64,000 bases of DNA from Bacteroidota bacterium (GTDB taxonomy: Bacteria; Bacteroidota; Bacteroidia; Flavobacteriales; Flavobacteriaceae): contig JAQCJC010000001.1 in the NCBI GenBank assembly GCA_027593245.1, positions 10,128 to 74,127 of the forward strand, in the 5' to 3' direction. Of this stretch, positions 19,007-27,527 are shown piece after piece. The translations under genes were made by a program, and so were the position numbers. The notes beneath the pieces were generated by a model. That model worked only from the letters and a program-made list of their open reading frames with translations, had not been told where the DNA came from and searched no databases. Each line of letters begins with the position of its first letter. The stretch's first letter is position 1.

Positions 19007-20448
19007 TGACCATAAAAAATTACATCAATGGAGCTTATTGCATGCCGTCAAGTCAAGATTGGCTAGATGTAATTAACCCCAGTATAGGTGAAATTTATGG
19101 TAAACTTCCAAACTCTAACCGTGAAGATGTCCAACTTGCATATGAAGCGGCCAAAAAAGCATTTCCAAAGTGGTCTAAAACAAGTGTAGAAAAACGAAGT
19201 GCGATTTTAGCCAAAATTGCGGATTTAATTGAAGACAATTTAGAAGTTCTAGCCAAAGCTGAAAGCATGGATAATGGTAAGCCAATTTCGCTTGCTAAAG
19301 CTGTAGATATTCCTAGAGCTGCAACTAATTTTAGATTTTTTAGTCAAGCAATTACTCAATTTTATAGTGAAAGCCATGAACAAATTGCGGCAAAATCAAT
19401 CAATTTCACGCTTAGGCAACCAATCGGAGTTGTGGGTTGTATATCGCCTTGGAATTTACCTCTCTATTTATTCACTTGGAAAATAGCACCTGCCTTGGCT
19501 GCTGGAAATTGTGTGCTAGCTAAACCTAGTGAAGTTACACCCTACACAGCATTTTTATTGGCAGAACTCTGTAGTAAAGCTGGACTCCCAAAGGGTGTGC
19601 TAAACATCGTAAATGGACTAGGTTCAAGTACCGGACAAGCAATTGTGGAACATCCTAACATCAAAGCTATTTCGTTTACGGGTGGAACCAAAACCGGCGC
19701 AGACATAGCACGAACGGCCGCACCATTGTTTAAAAAATTATCTTTAGAATTAGGGGGGAAAAACCCTAGCATTATTTTCGATGATTGTGACTACGATAAG
19801 ATGCTCGCCACAACTGTAAAATCAGCTTTTGCAAACCAAGGACAAATCTGTCTATGTGGAAGTCGAATATTTGTAGAAGCAAGTATATATGAGCAATTCA
19901 AAACCGATTTCGTTAAAAAAGTCAAACAATTAAAAGTTGGCCTATCTTCCAAAAAAGATAGTGATTTAGGCGCTTTAGTTTCAGAAAATCATCTTAAAAA
20001 AGTATTGAATTACGTTGAAAAAGCAAAGCAGGAAAAAATGAATATTTTGTATGGGGGTGAAAAGCTTTCTATAGAAAATGGAAAAAACGGATATTATATG
20101 CAACCTACCATAATTGAGGTACCTTCCAACGATTGCATATTGAATCAAGAAGAAATTTTTGGTCCGATAGTTACACTAATGCCCTTTGAAAATGATAAAG
20201 AAGCATTGGCACTAGCTAACACTACTTCTTATGGGCTATCGGCTACAATATGGACCAATAATTTGAAGCGAAGCTTACACTTTTCTGAGCATTTAGAAAC
20301 TGGCATTGTGTGGGTAAATACATGGATGCAACGCGATTTGCGCACTCCATTTGGTGGTCAAAAAAATTCTGGTGTTGGTCGTGAAGGCGGTTTTGAGGTG
20401 TTGCGCTTTTTTACTGAAGCCAAAAATATATGTATTAACTATGAATAA
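19006..20448 (+). CDS. NAD-dependent aldehyde dehydrogenase, candidate 2-aminomuconate-6-semialdehyde dehydrogenase
   Basis: 480 aa. ELGGKNP and catalytic GQICLCGSR motifs. TAATG overlap with the RidA gene. Confidence 0.82.
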   Translation: MTIKNYINGAYCMPSSQDWLDVINPSIGEIYGKLPNSNREDVQLAYEAAKKAFPKWSKTSVEKRSAILAKIADLIEDNLEVLAKAESMDNGKPISLAKAVDIPRAATNFRFFSQAITQFYSESHEQIAAKSINFTLRQPIGVVGCISPWNLPLYLFTWKIAPALAAGNCVLAKPSEVTPYTAFLLAELCSKAGLPKGVLNIVNGLGSSTGQAIVEHPNIKAISFTGGTKTGADIARTAAPLFKKLSLELGGKNPSIIFDDCDYDKMLATTVKSAFANQGQICLCGSRIFVEASIYEQFKTDFVKKVKQLKVGLSSKKDSDLGALVSENHLKKVLNYVEKAKQEKMNILYGGEKLSIENGKNGYYMQPTIIEVPSNDCILNQEEIFGPIVTLMPFENDKEALALANTTSYGLSATIWTNNLKRSLHFSEHLETGIVWVNTWMQRDLRTPFGGQKNSGVGREGGFEVLRFFTEAKNICINYE

Positions 20449-20454
20449 GGTTTT

Positions 20455-21237
20455 ATGGAATTAAATTTAAAAAATAAATCAGCACTTGTATGTGGAAGCA
20501 CCCAAGGTATAGGACGAGCTGCGGCTATGGCCTTAGCGCGTGAAGGAACAAGAATTACACTTGTGGCTAGAAATGAAGAAAGACTTAAAAAAGTACTCTC
20601 TGAGTTGCCAAAATCAGCTAAGCATGATTATATAGTAGCTGATTTTTCAGACCCCCAACAACTTAAATCAAAGGTGTTTGAATATTTGGCTACAAATTCA
20701 GGGTTCCACATCTTGATAAATAACACTGGAGGGCCAAGAAGTGGCGCCATCATAGAAGCTAATTTAGAGGAATTTGAATCGGCTTTTACACAACACCTCA
20801 AATGCAATCACGTCTTGGCGCAACTGCTGGTGCCTTTTATGAAATCTGAGCAATACGGCCGTATCATCAATGTGATTTCAACTTCTGTAAAAGAACCCAT
20901 TGAAGGCCTTGGCGTGAGCAATACAATCAGAAATGCCGTTGGGAATTGGAGTAAAACTTTATCTTTTGAATTGGGTGCATTTGGTATAACTGTGAATAAT
21001 GTTTTACCTGGATTTACGGAAACGGAACGTTTGAACGAAATTATTAATATCAAGGCCAATAAAGCAGGAGTTTCATTTGAAGAAATGGAAGAAGTCATGA
21101 AAACATACACGCCAGCAAAACGCTTTGCAAAACCGGAAGAAACAGCTAATACCGTAGTGTTTTTGGCTAGTGAGGCTGCAAGCTATGTTAATGGTGTTAA
21201 TATTCCTGTTGATGGTGGACGAACAAAATCTTTGTAA
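20455..21237 (+). CDS. atypical SDR-family oxidoreductase (catalytic YxxxK replaced by SxxxR)
   Basis: 260 aa. Rossmann GSTQGIGRA, NNTGG and PGFTETE are present. Aligned by eye to E. coli FabG, the Tyr/Lys positions read S-NTI-R. Confidence 0.8.
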   Translation: MELNLKNKSALVCGSTQGIGRAAAMALAREGTRITLVARNEERLKKVLSELPKSAKHDYIVADFSDPQQLKSKVFEYLATNSGFHILINNTGGPRSGAIIEANLEEFESAFTQHLKCNHVLAQLLVPFMKSEQYGRIINVISTSVKEPIEGLGVSNTIRNAVGNWSKTLSFELGAFGITVNNVLPGFTETERLNEIINIKANKAGVSFEEMEEVMKTYTPAKRFAKPEETANTVVFLASEAASYVNGVNIPVDGGRTKSL

Positions 21238-21264
21238 CTTTAGAAAATAAAACACCACATAATA

Positions 21265-21789
21265 ATGAGTAAAATTGTATCACCACTGAATTTTAAAGCT
21301 TGGATTGAAGAAAACCGAGCCCTACTAAAACCACCTGTTGGCAATAAATGTATTTGGAAAGATGGCGAATTTATTGTCATGGTTGTCGGAGGTCCAAACA
21401 ACAGAAAAGATTATCATTACAACGAAACACCTGAGTTTTTCTATCAAGTTGAAGGCGACATAATTTTAAAAATAATAGATAAAGGTATAGCTAAAGATGT
21501 ACATATTAAGGAAGGGGATATATATTTGTTACCTGCAAAAGTTCCACACTCTCCACAACGCGGAGCCAATACTGTTGGCCTTGTGATTGAATACCCCAGA
21601 GCCAAAGACATGGAAGACGCTTTGGAATGGTACTGCGCGTCTTGTCATCATCAATTGTATAGAGAACCTTTTACGCTAAAAAATATTGAAACTGATATGC
21701 CAGCTATTTTTAAGCGGTTTTATTCGGATGAAGAAAAATGTACTTGTGAAAAGTGTGGTGCAAAAATGGAAGCTCCAAATAACGTATAA
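21265..21789 (+). CDS. nbaC: 3-hydroxyanthranilate 3,4-dioxygenase
   Basis: 174 aa cupin (HYNETPEFFYQ, VPHSPQR). C-terminal CxxC...CxxC (CASCHH...CTCEKCG) rubredoxin-like site as in bacterial HAO. Confidence 0.9.
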   Translation: MSKIVSPLNFKAWIEENRALLKPPVGNKCIWKDGEFIVMVVGGPNNRKDYHYNETPEFFYQVEGDIILKIIDKGIAKDVHIKEGDIYLLPAKVPHSPQRGANTVGLVIEYPRAKDMEDALEWYCASCHHQLYREPFTLKNIETDMPAIFKRFYSDEEKCTCEKCGAKMEAPNNV

Positions 21790-21798
21790 ACCATAAAC

Positions 21799-22881
21799 AT
21801 GAAACGAAAACTGCGCATCAACGGCCATTCACATCTTCTTCCTTATCCGGAAGAAATCCCTCAGTTTATGAAAGACAAGGAGATATTTTGGGTAGATGAT
21901 GAGCGGAGATATATGCTTCAAAAAGGATGGAGCCGACCTGTTACACATTCTAGTTTTTTTCTTGACGAAAAACTAGAATGGATGGAAGACAATAAAATTG
22001 ATCATGCCGTAGTGTTGAATCTTTCTCAGTTGTATGGCAATGGTTTGCGTCTTGAAATGATGAAAAAAGCCTTGCGGTTTCAAAATGATTTTAATGCAAA
22101 AATTCAACAAAACCACGCCTCAAAATTTACTTGTGGCTTTGTTATACACCCTGGATTTATTCAAGGTGCGCTATGGGAAATAGAACGCTGTGTTGAAGAA
22201 CTGGGCCTTAATGTTCTGTGTTTACCCACTCACTTCATGGATAGTATTGGGCAATGGCGAAGTGTTTTTGATCAAGAAAACGATGCTATTTTTGAATTGG
22301 CAAATAAATACAATTTAGCCATAGAAATTCATCCTTATGACGGAGATAAAATGATCAAACTCGAAAATACCTCCTGGCGGTTTCATTTGATTTGGATGTT
22401 GGCACAATGTGGAGATGCCTATCATTTCTACACTCTCAATGGTATGCAAGAACGCTTTCCAAACATAAGAACATGTTTTGCTCACGGTGGTCAAATGGCG
22501 CAAATGAATCTCGGAAGACGTATTCAAGGGTTTGATGGACGCCCTGACTTGTTTGACGGAAAAACACATCCACGTAAAGCTGTAGGTCATCCAAATATAT
22601 ATTTTGACACCCTTGTACACGATACCGATTCTTTTAATTTGATGTTAAAACGACAGGGTAGCAATCAAATTATTATGGGACTAGATGATCCATATCCACT
22701 TGGCGAAATGGAAAGCGAGGCACAGTCATCCTATCCGGGAAAACTATTAGATTTAGCCAAAGAACGCGATATTATTGATCAAAATCAATATGACGATATA
22801 TGGGAGGATAATGTATTGCGCTGGCTATTTGGAAATGACCAAAAGAAAATAAATGATTTAATACAAAAAATTTTAGGCTAA
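21799..22881 (+). CDS. amidohydrolase-2 family, candidate 2-amino-3-carboxymuconate-6-semialdehyde decarboxylase
   Basis: 360 aa. N-terminal HxH (INGHSHLLP), IEIHPYDG and LDDPYPLGE metal-ligand-like motifs. Located next to HAO. Confidence 0.75.
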   Translation: MKRKLRINGHSHLLPYPEEIPQFMKDKEIFWVDDERRYMLQKGWSRPVTHSSFFLDEKLEWMEDNKIDHAVVLNLSQLYGNGLRLEMMKKALRFQNDFNAKIQQNHASKFTCGFVIHPGFIQGALWEIERCVEELGLNVLCLPTHFMDSIGQWRSVFDQENDAIFELANKYNLAIEIHPYDGDKMIKLENTSWRFHLIWMLAQCGDAYHFYTLNGMQERFPNIRTCFAHGGQMAQMNLGRRIQGFDGRPDLFDGKTHPRKAVGHPNIYFDTLVHDTDSFNLMLKRQGSNQIIMGLDDPYPLGEMESEAQSSYPGKLLDLAKERDIIDQNQYDDIWEDNVLRWLFGNDQKKINDLIQKILG

Positions 22882-23522
22882 TGCACTTCATTCCTGAAGC
22901 GCTGGACCGGTATGTTGTTCAGCATTCTGAAGACGAACCAAAACTTCTTCAAGCACTCACTAGAGAAACCTATCAAAAGATCTTGCAACCACGTATGCTC
23001 AGCGGGCATTATCAAGGACGTGTGTTAAGTACGCTTTCGAAGTTAATCAAACCTAAAACAATTTTAGAATTAGGAACGTTTACTGGATATTCTGCATTGT
23101 GTCTGGCTGAAGGATTGCAGGAAAATGGAGTATTGCATACAATTGATGTCAATGAAGAATTAGTAAACTTCCAAAGAAAATATTTTGATTTGTCTAAATA
23201 TGGAAGTCAAATCCATCAACACCTAGGCCCTGCTTTAGAAATAATTCCAAATTTAAACACTAAGTTTGATTTGGTCTTTATAGATGCGGATAAACCAAAT
23301 TACATCAACTATTTTCATGAAATCATAGAAAAATTAAATCCAGGAGGAGTGCTCCTTTCGGACAATGTGCTGTGGAGTGGAAAAGTTATCGAGCCTTTAA
23401 ATGAAAATGATCAGTCTACAAAAATTGTTCTCGAATACAACCAGCTTCTTAAGGACGATGAACGCTTAGAAACAGTACTGCTGCCTATCCGCGATGGGCT
23501 CACTGTGAGCATAAAAAAATAA
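22881..23522 (+). CDS. class I SAM-dependent O-methyltransferase (cation-dependent catechol/caffeoyl-CoA OMT family)
   Basis: 213 aa. SAM motif LELGTFTGYSALCLA and FIDADK. TAATG overlap with the upstream gene. Confidence 0.85.
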   Translation: MHFIPEALDRYVVQHSEDEPKLLQALTRETYQKILQPRMLSGHYQGRVLSTLSKLIKPKTILELGTFTGYSALCLAEGLQENGVLHTIDVNEELVNFQRKYFDLSKYGSQIHQHLGPALEIIPNLNTKFDLVFIDADKPNYINYFHEIIEKLNPGGVLLSDNVLWSGKVIEPLNENDQSTKIVLEYNQLLKDDERLETVLLPIRDGLTVSIKK

Positions 23523-23523
23523 A

Positions 23524-23808
23524 TTATAACTTTCGCCGGACAGAGCCTGTCAAGTCTTCAATCTCGTCTTTTACCTTATTGATTTCGTCATTGACTTCTT
23601 TGGTAAGGTTAGCATCCAATCCTTGCTTTTCAGCACTGCGTTGTATTTCACCCTTGATATCGTTAGTAGCGTTTTTTAACGTACGCATCCCCTTGCCCAT
23701 ACCCTTTGCTAAATCGGGAATTTTATCAGCCCCAAAAACCATAATCACTATAAAAAGGATGAAAACAATTTCGGTACTGCTTATAAAAAGTGGTAAAGAA
23801 TAAATCAT
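23524..23808 (-). CDS. tatA: twin-arginine translocase TatA/TatE family subunit
   Basis: 94 aa. N-terminal TM helix followed by FGADKIPDLAKGMGKGMRTLKNA (hinge plus amphipathic helix). Confidence 0.85.
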   Translation of the reverse strand: MIYSLPLFISSTEIVFILFIVIMVFGADKIPDLAKGMGKGMRTLKNATNDIKGEIQRSAEKQGLDANLTKEVNDEINKVKDEIEDLTGSVRRKL

Positions 23809-23832
23809 ATGACAAATATAGAAAGTATTCCT

Positions 23833-24627
23833 CTAATTATCAGCTAAATTATTGGTCTTAAATTCGATTAACTTTTCTTGCAAATACTGAAGAATTTCTA
23901 CATCACTTCTGTTGGTACAACGCAATTGGAAGTTCTCGTCATCTGAGCAAAAGAAATAAAATTCTGCGTGTAATTCTTCTGCCAGATCTTCTTGTTTAAA
24001 AAGTTTGGGGCCCACAACTTCTTTTATGTAGGTCAAAATATTCTTTTCCTTTTCGAACTTTGCAACGCGTTTGAGTTTTTTGGTACGCCCAGTGACTTTG
24101 TTCAAAAATTTATTAAAATTAAACATGACAAATGGAAAGCCCAAATACACCATTTTACCGTTATCAGCTTCATAAACACGGCTTTCTGCTTGTGTTTTTC
24201 TAACACCTGTATAACCTGGGATTCCCAAATCATAGAAATCCAAAGGGCGTTCTGCGTCAGAGTTCCCTATATCAGAGTTTAAATCACCTGTAAGAATTTT
24301 TCCAATGGTAACCTCATCGAGCTCCGTTACAGAATCATCTAAATAAACTTTTATAAAATTTTGATCGATCATTGATGCACTTACGACTATGAATTTTGGG
24401 GTATATTGTATGGACGAAAAATACAATGAATCTGAAGCTTTAGCCTCAATGACAAACTCCCCTTTCGTATTGGTTGTGGCATAACGATAGGCCGATTTGT
24501 TAATTACATGAATCCCTTCAACGTTACCGTCAGCAACAACAATGCCTGATAAATCATGCGTTTGCCCCCAATTTAGAATTGAAAAAAATAAAAATGATAT
24601 TATAATTTCTATGCGGTAAAATGCCAA
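23833..24627 (-). CDS. carboxypeptidase-like regulatory domain-containing protein
   Basis: 264 aa. Signal-like N-terminus and a CarboxypepD_reg-like beta-sandwich (LSGIVVADGNVEGIHVIN...TNTKGEFVIEA). Confidence 0.55.
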   Translation of the reverse strand: MAFYRIEIIISFLFFSILNWGQTHDLSGIVVADGNVEGIHVINKSAYRYATTNTKGEFVIEAKASDSLYFSSIQYTPKFIVVSASMIDQNFIKVYLDDSVTELDEVTIGKILTGDLNSDIGNSDAERPLDFYDLGIPGYTGVRKTQAESRVYEADNGKMVYLGFPFVMFNFNKFLNKVTGRTKKLKRVAKFEKEKNILTYIKEVVGPKLFKQEDLAEELHAEFYFFCSDDENFQLRCTNRSDVEILQYLQEKLIEFKTNNLADN

Positions 24628-24692
24628 ACCAATTCTTATTATTTTACATAAATTTACAAAAGATAAAAATGTGAGCCAATAAAATCATTAAA

Positions 24693-25400
24693 ATGAAAAA
24701 ACTTCTCATTGCCAGTACATCCACACTTCACGGAAGTGGGTATTTAGACTATCTTTTAGATGAGTTGATTCATTTCTTTAAATCTACAAAGACCATCGTT
24801 TTTATTCCTTATGCCCGCCCAGGTGGATTAAGTCACGAAGAGTACACTAAAATTGTTCAAAAAGCGTTCCGGAAAATACAAAAAAATATAATTGGTCTTC
24901 ACGAATTTGAAGATCCGAAACAGGCTATTAACCAAGCTGAGGGTATTTTTGTCGGAGGTGGGAATAGTTATGTGTTGGTTGATCAACTCTATAAAATTGA
25001 TCTACTCGATACTCTAAAAGTGGCCTTAGATTCCGGAACTCCGTATCTCGGAACAAGCGCGGGTAGTAATATTTGCGGTATCTCGATGGGCACTTCCAAC
25101 GATATGCCTATTGTGCATCCACAAAGCTTTGAAACTTTGGGCGTGCTTCCTTTTAATATTAATCCACACTACTTAGATCCAAATCCCGATAGTAAACATA
25201 TGGGCGAAACAAGAGAAACTAGGATTAAAGAATTTCATTGCTACAATAAACAAGCTGTGATTGGACTAAGAGAGGGAAGCTTTTTAAGTGTTCAAGGAAA
25301 GCAAATTACTCTAAAAGGTGCTTTAAATGCCCGTATTTTTGAACAAAACAAAACTCCATACGAAATTGAACCCGATTCTGATCTTAGCGATTTACGATAA
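24693..25400 (+). CDS. pepE: dipeptidase E (peptidase S51)
   Basis: 235 aa. GGGNSYVL and nucleophile region GTSAGSNI. Confidence 0.85.
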   Translation: MKKLLIASTSTLHGSGYLDYLLDELIHFFKSTKTIVFIPYARPGGLSHEEYTKIVQKAFRKIQKNIIGLHEFEDPKQAINQAEGIFVGGGNSYVLVDQLYKIDLLDTLKVALDSGTPYLGTSAGSNICGISMGTSNDMPIVHPQSFETLGVLPFNINPHYLDPNPDSKHMGETRETRIKEFHCYNKQAVIGLREGSFLSVQGKQITLKGALNARIFEQNKTPYEIEPDSDLSDLR

Positions 25401-25403
25401 ACA

Positions 25404-25823
25404 TTAAATAGATTTTAAATAGTGGAAGCCCAACTTTTTGAAACCTTGTCTTGAATAAAAATCCTGTGATAAACTATTCTCAATATAGGTATTAAGCTCA
25501 ATTGTTTCGCACCCTTTTTTCTTTACATAGGTTTGAATCCACTCCATCAGCTTTGTTCCAATTCCTTGATTTCTAATTGCGTTATCAACACAGACATGAT
25601 CCACCTCTACACTCCTGCCAGAATAATGACGGGTGCAAAACCACATCCCAGCTACAGCAATCAGCTGTTGATCAACATAAACCCCTACACACTCATAATT
25701 TTGAGTAGTCATTTCTTTAAAGCGCTGCAAAAGAACCGCATCTGAAAAATTGTCTTTAGCCATTATTTTGACCAAAGGAATAACTGTAGATATCTGATCG
25801 GCAGGTATAATTTTAAATTCCAT
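25404..25823 (-). CDS. GNAT family N-acetyltransferase
   Basis: 139 aa. Acetyl-CoA motif A: IRNQGIGTKLM. Confidence 0.85.
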   Translation of the reverse strand: MEFKIIPADQISTVIPLVKIMAKDNFSDAVLLQRFKEMTTQNYECVGVYVDQQLIAVAGMWFCTRHYSGRSVEVDHVCVDNAIRNQGIGTKLMEWIQTYVKKKGCETIELNTYIENSLSQDFYSRQGFKKLGFHYLKSI

Positions 25824-25852
25824 TTTTAATATTTTACAACCCTAAAATACAA

Positions 25853-25860
25853 CAAAATTA
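25853..25860 (-). promoter_or_regulatory. -7 promoter box (TAATTTTG) for the GNAT gene
   Basis: Exact TAnnTTTG on the minus strand, 29 nt upstream of ATG 25823. Confidence 0.4.
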
Positions 25861-25929
25861 TTTGAATTATGAAGCTAAATAAAGGACGATATAATCCGAA
25901 AAACAGCTTTATAAAAAATGAAATCTTCT

Positions 25930-25937
25930 TATCTTTG
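25930..25937 (+). promoter_or_regulatory. -7 promoter box (TATCTTTG) for gpmI
   Basis: Exact TAnnTTTG, 17 nt upstream of ATG 25955. Confidence 0.5.
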
Positions 25938-25954
25938 CAGCATAACCAACAGAC

Positions 25955-27472
25955 ATGAATAAAAAAGTAATTTTAATGATTTTGGATGGTTGGGGAACTT
26001 CACCCGACCCAAAAGTATCCGCCATTGATCACGCAAAAACACCATTTATTGATGGGCTATACACTAATTATGCACATGCTAGTCTGAGAACTGACGGCCT
26101 TCATGTTGGTCTCCCAGAAGGACAAATGGGCAATAGTGAAGTTGGGCATATGAATCTTGGAGCAGGCCGTATCGTGTATCAAGATTTAGCTAAAATCAAT
26201 TTAGCTGTATCCAACAAAACTTTAGGCGATGAAAGTGTGCTAAAGCAAGCTATCGCTTATGCAAAAACCAAAAACAAACCCATTCATTTGCTCGGACTCT
26301 TGAGCGATGGCGGTGTGCATTCACATATAAATCACTTATTTGGACTACTTGACACTTTAGAGGAAAATGATATTGACAAAGCGTATGTACATGCTTTTAC
26401 AGATGGAAGAGATGTAGATCCAAAATCAGGATTTGGTTTTGTTACCGAATTAGAATCACGGCTGGAAGGATCTCCTATTCAACTTGCCTCAGTAATGGGA
26501 CGATACTACGCGATGGATCGAGACATGCGTTGGGAGCGTACAAAATTGGCTTTCGATGCTCTGGTCCATGGTAATGGAGAATTCTCAAAAGATTTGACAA
26601 AAAGCATTAAGAACAGCTATGAAGAAGATGTTACGGATGAGTTTCTAAAACCAATAATCGCAACAAACCAGAACAATGAAGCAGTTGCCAAAATAGAAGA
26701 AGGTGATGTTGTATTATTTTTTAATTTTAGAACAGATCGCGGGCGGCAGCTGACAGAGGCGTTGAGCCAGAAAAACTTCCATGAATATAATATGCATGCT
26801 TTAGATTTGAAGTATGTTACCATGACAAATTATGACGATAACTTCAAAAATATTGATGTTATTTTTAATAAAGAAAATCTACATAATACCTTAGGTGAAG
26901 TCCTTGAGGCTCATGGAAAAACACAATTACGTATAGCCGAAACAGAAAAATATCCACATGTTACTTTTTTCTTTTCTGGGGGAAGAGAAACACCCTTTAA
27001 TGGCGAACAGCGCATATTAAAAAACTCACCAAAAGTACCTACTTACGACCTCAAACCAGAAATGAGTGCCTTCGAATTACGCGATGCACTCATACCTGTC
27101 TTAGAAAAAGAAGAAACAGATTTTATCTGCCTTAACTTTGCCAATGGAGATATGGTTGGACACACCGGTGTGATGGACGCTGCTGTAAAGGCTTGTGAAG
27201 CGGTAGATCAATGCGTAAAAGATGTTGTGAATAGCGCTTTGGAACACAATTATACAACACTTTTAATTGCTGACCACGGTAATTGTGAAACTATGATAAA
27301 TCCCGATGGCTCTCCTAATACAGCACATACAACAAACCCAGTCCCTATCATCCTTATTGACAAGGATTTAAAACAAATCGAGGATGGTATTCTGGGGGAT
27401 ATGGCCCCAACAATATTAAAGCTAATTGGCATTACCCCTCCCGATGTAATGACTCAAAAATCTCTGCTTTAA
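25955..27472 (+). CDS. gpmI: 2,3-bisphosphoglycerate-independent phosphoglycerate mutase
   Basis: 505 aa. ILDGWG and the Ser-nucleophile region GNSEVGHMNLGAGR. Confidence 0.95.
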   Translation: MNKKVILMILDGWGTSPDPKVSAIDHAKTPFIDGLYTNYAHASLRTDGLHVGLPEGQMGNSEVGHMNLGAGRIVYQDLAKINLAVSNKTLGDESVLKQAIAYAKTKNKPIHLLGLLSDGGVHSHINHLFGLLDTLEENDIDKAYVHAFTDGRDVDPKSGFGFVTELESRLEGSPIQLASVMGRYYAMDRDMRWERTKLAFDALVHGNGEFSKDLTKSIKNSYEEDVTDEFLKPIIATNQNNEAVAKIEEGDVVLFFNFRTDRGRQLTEALSQKNFHEYNMHALDLKYVTMTNYDDNFKNIDVIFNKENLHNTLGEVLEAHGKTQLRIAETEKYPHVTFFFSGGRETPFNGEQRILKNSPKVPTYDLKPEMSAFELRDALIPVLEKEETDFICLNFANGDMVGHTGVMDAAVKACEAVDQCVKDVVNSALEHNYTTLLIADHGNCETMINPDGSPNTAHTTNPVPIILIDKDLKQIEDGILGDMAPTILKLIGITPPDVMTQKSLL

Positions 27473-27510
27473 ATCTAGCTAAATTTAAGAATCAAACTAA
27501 AGTTTTTGAG

Positions 27511-27518
27511 TATCTTTG
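27511..27518 (+). promoter_or_regulatory. -7 promoter box (TATCTTTG) for map
   Basis: Exact TAnnTTTG only 9 nt upstream of ATG 27528. This implies a very short leader and argues against the TTG 27516 start. Confidence 0.45.
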
Positions 27519-27527
27519 TGCTTTGAA

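Noticed and set aside
15890-23522. The kynurenine operon as a recently acquired horizontal-transfer island
   Set aside because: Its base composition, codon flavour, promoter type and compaction look the same as in the flanking core genes. There are no flanking repeats, tRNA or mobility genes. Ancient acquisition cannot be assessed from this window.
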